Shown piece after piece: positions 23,461 through 32,278 of a stretch of 32,278 nucleotides of DNA. The notes beneath the pieces are model-generated. The model was not told the DNA's origin. It was given only the letters and a program-made list of their open reading frames with translations, and did not search any database. The stretch comes from Octopus bimaculoides (Eukaryota), in assembly GCF_001194135.2 (NCBI RefSeq), contig NC_068998.1, positions 25,397,658 through 25,429,935 on the forward strand, given 5' to 3'. How positions within the stretch are numbered: position 1 is the stretch's first letter; every line of letters begins with the position of its first letter. Both the position numbers and the translations under genes were made by a program.

Positions 23461-24642
23461 ATACATCAATGGCTGATGCATCTGGACACATCTTCAGTGA
23501 TGTGCCTGGTATCATCGGGTATTTCGAATCTTTCAACATCATACACCCTCGTCCAGATGATCCAGCTGGGGCTGGTCAGACCACAGCTTGTGTCCAGATG
23601 GCCAGGTATCTACCCCATGTGTCTCCTCATTTGATCCACAGCCATCTTGAGGACCTCTCTGCCTCATTGGTGGCCTTCCTCCTTCTCACTCCCTCGATGC
23701 CCAAACTGCTGACTGCTCTAGTCAGGGAACGGGCTACGAAATCCCTGCATCCAACTTCCATTGAGAGACAACTCACTCTCCACCCAGACCGCTGGCAATC
23801 ACTGACCAGACCCGTGTACTTGGAGAGATTTCTCTCAAAAGCTTCTTCCAGGCGATCATCCCATGAGACAATCAGCTCTAGCAGCACCACTTGCTTGGTG
23901 GACTCAGACACGAGGACAATGTCTGGTCGCAGGGTGGTGACCGCAATGTGGCCAGGGAACTTCAGCTGTCGCTCAAGATCCACGAGGAGCTGCCAGTCTC
24001 TTGCAGATGTTAGGATGCCCGCCGGTGTTTTTCTGGCAAGGGTTGTCTGTTTTACCCAGCTCTGTCAAAGGAGATGATTTTCTTGGAGGGCCAGAACCAC
24101 CTCACCCACACAAGTCCTGCGCTGATGGCTTCGGCGATGGTCTTAAGGACTTGGTGATGCCTCCAGCGGTACCGTCATTCTCCAAGTACCCCGATGCAGC
24201 AGCTGAGGATGTGTTCCAGGGTTCCTTGCTTGGAACAAAACGCACATGCTGATGCCTCTGCTATGCTCCATGTGTGCAGGTTTGATAGGCTTGGAAGCAC
24301 ATCATACATTACCTGCATCAGAAATTTAATGTGGTGAGGCTCGGCTTTCCACAACTCAGCCCAGGTCACTTTCCTCCCAACCGCATTCTCCTATATTATC
24401 CAAGATTCCTGTTGCTTCAGAAGTCTCCTTTGACGCAGCCTTGCCTCTGCCACTTGAACTGCGTCCTCTGTTCTCCACTTCCTGCCAGTCCTCACTTAGA
24501 TCTCTGCTTTAGCCATATTCGGATCACAAGAGACCCTGTACTGGAGCACTTCTTTGGCTCTTACCACCTTGAATTACACTTCCAATGATTTGAAGGGCAA
24601 CTGCAGTTTGGTGTTGTTACAGTAGAGTGTGATGCTGCTCAT
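23461..24642 (-). mobile_element. 5'-truncated Hero-type RLE non-LTR retrotransposon (pseudogene) with intact-looking 3' UTR
   Basis: Minus strand: SSITLYCNNTKLQLPFKSLE, VRTGRKWRTEDAVQVAEARLR, VTWAELWKAEPHHIKFL, YDVLPS, CAFCSKQGTLEHILSCC (zinc knuckle), RYRWRHHQVLKTIAEAI, TTLRPDIVL, VLLELIVSWDDRLEEAFERNLSKY, EVGCRDF, AERSSRWLWIK. The 3' UTR has a hairpin GGACACATC-TTCAGT-GATGTGCC. GC is ~50% (32/60 in line 23701). The motif set matches the Hero clade as I recall it. Confidence 0.88.
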
Positions 24643-24703
24643 ATGTATATATATATATATATATGTATGTATATATATATATATGTGTGTGCGTGTGTGT
24701 GTG

Positions 24704-24762
<59 letters not shown>
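24643..24762. repeat. (TA)/(TG) compound microsatellite
   Basis: Seen directly. Confidence 1.
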
Positions 24763-24763
<1 letters not shown>

Positions 24764-25694
24764 AATAATACGTATATATATCCCATATAATCTGTTACTT
24801 CTGCCTTTCTATCTTATGGACGGCCATAAATATTTATCAGTTATATACGATCAGCATTTATTATAATATTTGAAATGAAATGGCATTCCCAGAAAGCTGC
24901 GTCCAACTGATTGAATTTACTCATTTCGAAATTGTAAGCAAAACATCTATAAAGATGTACGGTATGTCTACTATAGCTAACTAAACTTTAACATGTTATT
25001 ACGTGAATATTATTTTCAGGTGTCTCTTTTCGAGTGTAAAGAGCAATGGAATTATATCTCTAAGGTTGTATGCCGTTCACTTAATTAAGTACACGTTTAC
25101 AGGCATATATCTATATGCACACACTTCTACGATGCACACGTGCATATAGACACACATGCACAAACCTATATACTAGTATGTGTATGTGTGATATGTGCAT
25201 GTGTATTTGGTGTGTGTGTGTGCGTGTGTGTGTGTGTGTGTCAAATTGATTGTAAAGACACTTTGTCATTAGTAGAACGAAAGAGATCAGCTGACGTACT
25301 TTTTAATCCTATTTTCTTCTCTTTCGATGACATTAATTTATCAATGCCTTCATTCACTTCTCTATTGCATTCTTTGAGATACTTTCCTAATAACCTACTT
25401 TTGTGGTTGCCATGGTTTGCTGACTCGAGCACCGCTGCTCTACTATCTTGCTATTTATAACGCCAGTTCCTCGGTCATGATATACATTTTAACTTGGTAT
25501 AACTTTATATTTGAGAAATATAATTGTAATGTGTTATTCATATTACAATAAATAATATCATTGTTTTCATAACGACAATTTTTTCACTATCCAAAATCAA
25601 TATACGCTTAGCTAAATGATGATCGCATAAATAACGCGTACGTAATATTATAAATGTATAGGATTTCAAAAGTACTAAAGAATTTAAAGCCCCA

Positions 25695-25721
25695 GATATA
25701 TATATATATATATATATATAT
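25695..25721. repeat. (TA)n microsatellite
   Basis: Seen directly. Confidence 1.
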
Positions 25722-26580
25722 CACTATAGTCCATCTTACGATCCACACACTTCTTCGATCGGTGTTGAAGACTTTGGATCCCGTTGGTGAAGACGATTAC
25801 AACCTCTTGGTGAAAGAAATCAACAGAAGATTTTTTTCCTGTTGGGGAACAGATGATAGTTTATTGAGGGCCAAATTCGGCGAAGAGGGAAGCTGATCAA
25901 CCAACTAAAAATCACAATCACGAACAGCAGACATTGAAACCAAAGACCTGTGTGCTGAAGCATAGTCCTCAGGCAACAAGAACAATTTCATCTGATTTCC
26001 TGGCCGTTTGTTATTGATAGACTTTCGTAATAGCCTCAGCAGGTTATCATAGTACTCGCCATTGATGGTGTGACCCTTCTGAAGATAGTCAATAGATACA
26101 ATGCCTTTTGTACCCCCAGAACAGAAATCATGACTGCAGAATTTGACTTCTCTGTAGCAGATAGACAGAAGTGTTTCCATTGCATTCATTATCTCTTTGT
26201 CTCTGGCTGAAAGTGATGAAACCAACAAACATTACGAGTTTGTAAACTTTCAAGGAAACCAGCTGAATCTGCCTCAAACGGTGACAGATTTCCCCGTGAT
26301 ATAATCAGTCTCGTGCGCTTTTGATCAGGTGTCAGGAGACATGGTACCCAGAGAGAAAAAAACCTTGGTAATTGCTAAGTTCATTGAGTGGAATATTCTC
26401 GACTCTCTCACGGAATATATTAAAACTATTGGCTATTTGATTTATAGGCAATCGCCTGTCGTCCATCACCATGTAGTGAAAACTATCAAAGTTTTCTTCG
26501 GTGTTAGCGGTTGAAGGACATCCAGACATTGTGTCATCTTCAAGACTATTGAAGATGTTGCAAGACGCAACAAAAATTTT
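25722..26580 (-). mobile_element. Decayed mariner transposase (third lineage), TIRs not visible
   Basis: Minus strand: SLEDDTMSGCPSTANTEEN, MVMDDRRLPINQIA, LLTPDQKRTRL, WFHHFQPETK, KGIVSIDYLQKGHTINGEYYDNLLRLLRKSINNKRPG, EDYASAH (HQDNAPAH equivalent), VDQLPSSPNLAP (HPPYSPDLAP equivalent), GIQSLQHRSKKCVDRKMDY. Confidence 0.9.
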
Positions 26581-26784
26581 AGAAAAAATGCATAAATAAA
26601 TAAGTGGAAATCGAACTAGTGCGTGTGTTATGTAATAAGACACTAAAAGAGAATGGCTCTCCCCAGATACCATAAAATATGCTTCAACACACAAAATCAC
26701 ATAAAGAACCTTGGAAATCAAATACAAAAACGAAATATATATAGAGAGATCTATAGATATATGCATATATACAATATACAGTCT

Positions 26785-26826
26785 ACACACACACACACAA
26801 ACATACACACACAAACACACACACAC

Positions 26827-26861
<35 letters not shown>
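26785..26861. repeat. (CA)n microsatellite
   Basis: Seen directly. Confidence 1.
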
Positions 26862-26864
<3 letters not shown>

Positions 26865-27307
26865 ACCCACATAAAATAAGGATCTGTATTTTTAGTGATG
26901 TTATCTATCCAATCTAAAATCTTAAAACTTTGTTTCTGTTTACGAAGCAGAAATGCTTGTGTTTTTGAATAAGTGATCAAATGAATATTTGCATGTATTA
27001 TTTGCCTGTTCAATAATGGTCTAAATGTATTTCCAACCGCAAAACCTGCCTCCAGAAGTTGAATCTGGGAGAGATTATCTGTTCTGGTACGTTTCTCTGG
27101 CCATTTTGTTTTCTTTTTCTTACTAGTTACTGAAACTACGTAACCTAAAACCAGAGAAAAATCTCAACTCCAATTGCTATAACTTCTTCCTACACAAGTA
27201 TACTAGACTACAGCAAAAAGAATTCGAGAAAAAGCCTGTAATTAATCCATTCCTACATCTATCACTACGCCTATATGTCAGTTTCCTTTCTCCTCCACTC
27301 TGTCACC

Positions 27308-27317
27308 CTCTCTCTCC

Positions 27318-27398
<81 letters not shown>
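27308..27398. repeat. (CT)n microsatellite
   Basis: Seen directly. Confidence 1.
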
Positions 27399-27401
<3 letters not shown>

Positions 27402-29689
27402 GCTCTTGCGTTACATGAAAGGAATCATCTCTCAGATAACTATATGCAGCCATTTCATTTGTCGACTCTATACCTTCCACTTCTCTCTCTACAACCATCT
27501 TGTATTATATTTACCCTTTCATTTAATGATTCTTTCACCTAATGATTACCTAAATGGTAAAATTCTAAAATCCACACGCTTCCCTGCAACACTCTTTAAC
27601 CCGTAACGTTGATAATTAGAGATTTATTGACTGAGTATCAAACGCATTCCGTTTTTCGATTGGGATGTTCAACGATGGACGCTGTCGCAGCAAAACGACA
27701 CTTCTAGGATAATTCTGTTTATACTATTCTAGATATTTGCAAATTCAGGCGGTTTATATAAATCAATTCTTGTCTTACATATGAATTGGTGAATTTATAA
27801 AAAAAAAATTACTCTTTATATGTATGTGTGCGACTGCCAGATGAAATGGCATAAATAGACGATACAACTTTGTGGATGGGGGGGGGGGCGTGTATGTGTG
27901 AGCGTGTATGCGTTTGTGCAGAACTCTGTGTATCATACTTATTTTATGTGGAACAGTTTCACAACTTGCTTTAATATTCATTCTAGACTATGTTTGGGAA
28001 AATGTTGACCAATTAGTGAATTCGAATCTTAATTACATAGTTAAAATCACTTTAAAATTATGCAGCAAATTAAGCACTTTCAAGTTTTTAATTTGCAGCC
28101 TAATTCTTATTTGACTCTTTAATTTACTTTAAGTTTATTTACATTGGTTTTATTTTCTGACATTATATTTTACAATTATATTAATTCAGTTTTCTCATCA
28201 GCATTGTTTTGTTTTCTCACTTCATTACATGTGAAAGTAAAAAGGCCCGAAAAGCAGTAGAAGATATACAATATAACCAGTTTATAATTCTGAATAAACC
28301 TCGATTATCTAATCAACCAGAGATAAAACTTAGTCCCATACGGACATTTGCAATCTAAAAATGAGCAAAGCATGATAAAAATGTTGCTGTAATGTTCACA
28401 AAGCACATTGGAGTGGATCTTGTCTTTGAAATCACCTCAGCATTTTTCTTTTGTCATATTATTCATTTTCATATTCCACTGAGTATTCCTTGTAGTATAA
28501 TATATATACATATGATATATATACATATATTACACTCTTATGTTTCAATGATATCCAAGTTCACTTCTCAAAACCATCGGAATATCGGTGACAATGAAAT
28601 GCTTTCAAAACGTAAGCTTCGTTGGGAAGGATACACGATAGAAGAGCACTGAGACATTACTAGACGCCTGCGCATGTGCGCTCTATATTATCAATGTGCT
28701 TATATAGATGGGGGTGTATTATTGTTATTTGGAAAACAAGAAAAAGCATGTTGGTTACAAACAAACAGTCGTTGAAGCGTGGTTGCGACTTGTTGCATTG
28801 TCTAAGACTAAGTGCATCAGTTTTGATCAACTGAAGCAGGCAACATGATATATAGAACCGATTATAATCTTATGGGGAATTAGAAACCTTAGGAATGCAA
28901 AGTTTGTTATCACCTATGCCTGCATTAGATTTGTCATGCGTGAAGTAATGTTACTCGTCAAACTGCAAGTAATATGACACAGGCTTTTATTCAGTATGAT
29001 CTGTATGGCAAAGTATGTTATTCTGAGGGGGTGTTAAAACGTTATCTCAGAAGTCACAATTAACAAGTTAAGCTATGCTGTCAATGTCCAGTAAGAGTTC
29101 ATCCTGGGGGATACCCGCATGGAGGAACACAAACGCACACATACAAACACACACGCACAAATGCACACGTGCTACCACACACAAACATACATACAATGAT
29201 ATGATTCAGAAACATTTCACATATATATCTGGTATCTGTATCAGATTATTGCGGTTTTTAATGATGTGAAAGAGTGAAGGTAACAACATTGAGGAGAGAA
29301 ACATTTCAGTAAATACAGTCAGAAAAAGTGAAGTGAACGAATATATGTGTAAATAAGAAGTTTGGAACATATCTGTCATCTATTGCATGATAACATTCTC
29401 TCTTGAATAAGCAACATCATCAAAGAAAAAAAAATTGGTACTGAAGATTACTTAAAAAATTTCAATACAATAATAAGCTTTCCTCGCATGTCTTGTAGTG
29501 ACAGAGGAGAATAAAAGCAATATTTTTATTCAACAAAGTTGTATGTTTTTTGCCTAATCACACTTCTGTTTAAAGTTTCAGAGGAACGAAACAATAATCC
29601 ATTCTTCAATATAAAATTGATGTATTTTAATCATCGAATATGCGAATTTGCAGTAAACAAAACTTGCAACGATACATACAAATATACGA

Positions 29690-29792
29690 ATATGCATACA
29701 AACATACATATATATTTATATATATATATATATATATATACACGTGTGTGTGTGAGTGTGGGTGTATGTGTTTGTGTGCGTGCGTGCGCGCG
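29690..29792. repeat. Compound TA/TG/CG microsatellite
   Basis: Seen directly. Confidence 0.9.
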
Positions 29793-30244
29793 CACTGTCT
29801 GGTATAGAGGAGATGAATAAGTGTAGCTACATATTAATTACGATTTTCTGCATATCAATTTACGTTCCTGTCTGAGCTTGTGAAACAGTTCTTCATTGAT
29901 TAAATAACACGTGTTTTAAAATCTCAATGTCATAGTTTATATATTCTAGCCAATGTATTATAAGATCAAAATAAAATGTATGATTTCTTTATAACATTTG
30001 GCTGCTGTTGGAAAATTAATCAGGATCTAAATATCAAAGAACCCATTCCCAGCGTAGAATTGCTACTGGCGACCTATCAAATAAGATTTTCTGAATCTTT
30101 CGAAGTTGTTCTAAGATTATTATGGTGATCTACAGTGAAATCAAAGAAAGAATAATACGACATTCATTCTTCTGTTTATTTGTTGGAAGTTACGAGAAAA
30201 ATTACTCACACGTACAAGCACACGTTAATATATACACATTCTCT

Positions 30245-30388
30245 GACACACACACACATATATATATATATGTATATATCTATATGTATATAGATATATA
30301 CATATATGTATATTATATATATATATATACACACTCACACACATTCACACACATATATATATTACATATATGTGTGTATGTATGTATA

Positions 30389-30438
<50 letters not shown>

Positions 30439-30758
30439 NNNNNNNNNNNNNNNNNNNNNNNNNNNNNNNNNNNNNNNNNNNNNNNNNNNNNNNNNNNNNN
30501 NNNNNNNNNNNNNNNNNNNNNNNNNNNNNNNNNNNNNNNNNNNNNNNNNNNNNNNNNNNNNNNNNNNNNNNNNNNNNNNNNNNNNNNNNNNNNNNNNNNN
30601 NNNNNNNNNNNNNNNNNNNNNNNNNNNNNNNNNNNNNNNNNNNNNNNNNNNNNNNNNNNNNNNNNNNNNNNNNNNNNNNNNNNNNNNNNNNNNNNNNNNN
30701 NNNNNNNNNNNNNNNNNNNNNNNNNNNNNNNNNNNNNNNTATATATATATATATATAT
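30245..30758. repeat. Compound CA/TA microsatellite with assembly gap 30439-30739
   Basis: Seen directly. Confidence 1.
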
Positions 30759-31249
30759 CACCTAGATTCTCTATGGAGAGGATAGAACACATACATTTCA
30801 TTCAAGAGGCATGATAAGGCTAGGGCGCCAGTCATATAACACTTCAAATAGTACATTGCCGTTACCTAATCAAGCAACGTTGTATAAGGAAACGCTGTCT
30901 CCAAAGAAGCATATTCACTCCGAATTGTAAATATTTTCTATTTTCTGGCTTCTCTCGCGTATGTTGGTGGCTATCTTTACCAAAGAAATATTCCTCTGGA
31001 AAGGATGTAGATACCGAAAACCTCTAAAGTTGTGACTTAAGCTTCTTGGAATGCGACATATTCTGGAAATATTATTCTTATGACTTCAGGTGTATAACTG
31101 ATATTATAGACCGTACAAAAAGTGTGAACTCAAAAGTAAGTTTTCTAATTCAAAGCGCTCAGTCATTCAGATGCATACATACATGCATACACACATACAC
31201 ACATACACGCATGCAAACATACACACACACACATACATACGCACACAGA

Positions 31250-32205
31250 GAGTAGATCCTCGCAGTACGAGTGCACCATTGTACGAGAAATTTGCTGTAC
31301 GAGCCCAGGCTCGTGCGTATTTTGGTCTTGAACTACTAGTGGAAATCCATACTACGAGCGATCTCCATACAAGCGACGGCTAGTTTTAATTTAAATCCAT
31401 AAAAAGTACTATACATTTCATGCAGCACCACACCTATATTGCAGCCTATGGACCAAGAGGTGGTCTCTAATTTTAAGAAATTGTACACGAAACACATGTT
31501 TCGTCGGTGATTTGAAGACACCAACAATCCAATCTAACACTTTGTGAGTTTTGAAAGGAGCACTACAACATTGTTAACTGCCTGAGAACCATCGATATGG
31601 CCTGGCAAGGTGTAACGAGGAGAACGCTGAATCCTGCATGGAAGAAACTGTGGTCTTACTGCGTATCCAAAAGATTCTTCGAGGGGTTTGAGTTTGAGAC
31701 ACTTGTAGCTGAGGAGACAGTGTCGCTTAGCAAGCCCATGGGCCTCGAGGTTGATGATGTAGACATTAACGATCTGGTTGAAAACACTCGGAAGAGCTTA
31801 CGACGGATGATGTGCTGCAGCTTCAGGAGCAGCAGCATTGGGATGCGGTGGAAGAGATTAGTTCCCCGGAAGAGAACAGTATAGCGGAGAAGACTATCTC
31901 TACGAGTGACATAAAGGCAGTGCTGACAAAGCGGCAGAATGGTTTTGAATTTGTAGAAAAACATCATCCCGAAAAAGCATCTACAAATCACGCAGCTGTA
32001 TTATCTAATAACACTGCTCTGGCGCATTTTGTTAACATTTTGAAAATCAGGAAATTGCAGACTTCTCTTGTTCTTTCTAATGAAATAACCTGCAAGTGTG
32101 AAAAGTGAAGAAAGTGTGTCCAATATGCCTAAATTAAGCGAAGTTTCAAACAAAACGCCAGAAGTTGTTTTTCCTGGAATCATAATGAATAGATATTCTC
32201 CATCC
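31250..32205 (+). mobile_element. Internally deleted Tigger/pogo DNA transposon (left TIR region + C-terminal transposase, TIGD1-like)
   Basis: Left end (G)AGTAGATCCTCG resembles a Tigger CAGTAG.CCTCG TIR. From ~31425: TTPILQPMDQEVVSNFKKLYTKHMFRR, LTLCEF*KEHYNIVNCLRTIDMAWQGVTRRTLNPAWKKLW, FEGFE, MGLEVDDVDINDLVE, FVEKHHPEK, HFVNILK.RKLQTSL, MNRYSPSK. QPMDQ..I..FK is the pogo/Tigger third catalytic-Asp motif. The N-terminal HTH and first two catalytic blocks are missing. Confidence 0.9.
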
Positions 32206-32229
32206 AAACACCTACTCTATACGTTTATC

Positions 32230-32236
32230 CCCTCCT

Positions 32237-32278
<42 letters not shown>
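32230..32278. repeat. (CT)n microsatellite, runs off the window
   Basis: Seen directly. Confidence 1.

Noticed and set aside
23515-23555. Hero 3' UTR segment GGGTGT-ATGATG...GAAAT-ACCC as a hammerhead
   Set aside because: It lacks CUGANGA and a stem I/cleavage arm; it is a simple hairpin.
23469-24077. 202-aa plus-strand ORF
   Set aside because: Antisense to the GC-rich Hero ORF, where long antisense frames are common; no domain recognised.
30940-31010. SLAYVGGYLYQR resembling the P-element/THAP9 YIAGY motif
   Set aside because: Too short, with no supporting flanking motifs.

Overview
AT-rich (~33% GC by eye) eukaryotic draft-assembly DNA, dense in dinucleotide microsatellites, with seven N-gaps. 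The repeat content suggests an octopus genome; this is an inference from remembered SINE and mariner consensus sequences, not a database result. No intact host protein-coding gene, RNA gene, CRISPR array or prokaryotic system can be supported. The window is mostly decayed transposons: (i) three same-strand R4/Dong-type non-LTR retrotransposon fragments (RT + restriction-like endonuclease, RLE) plus an (AAT)n-tailed repeat, clustered at 2.0-8.05 kb and partly joined through AAT/AAC microsatellites; (ii) a 5'-truncated, GC-rich Hero-type RLE retrotransposon at 23.46-24.64 kb; (iii) three decayed mariner transposases, one mariner MITE and an internally deleted Tigger/pogo element; (iv) four SINE remnants of two families; (v) a ~0.95 kb foldback element at 21.49-22.46 kb with ~240 bp inverted arms, nested stems and degenerate hammerhead-like cores, best read as a Penelope-like element remnant. 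The foldback element, the Hero copy and the same-strand retroelement cluster most deserve follow-up. I do not claim a new biological system. All long ORFs in the supplied track that cross N-runs or microsatellites are artefacts.
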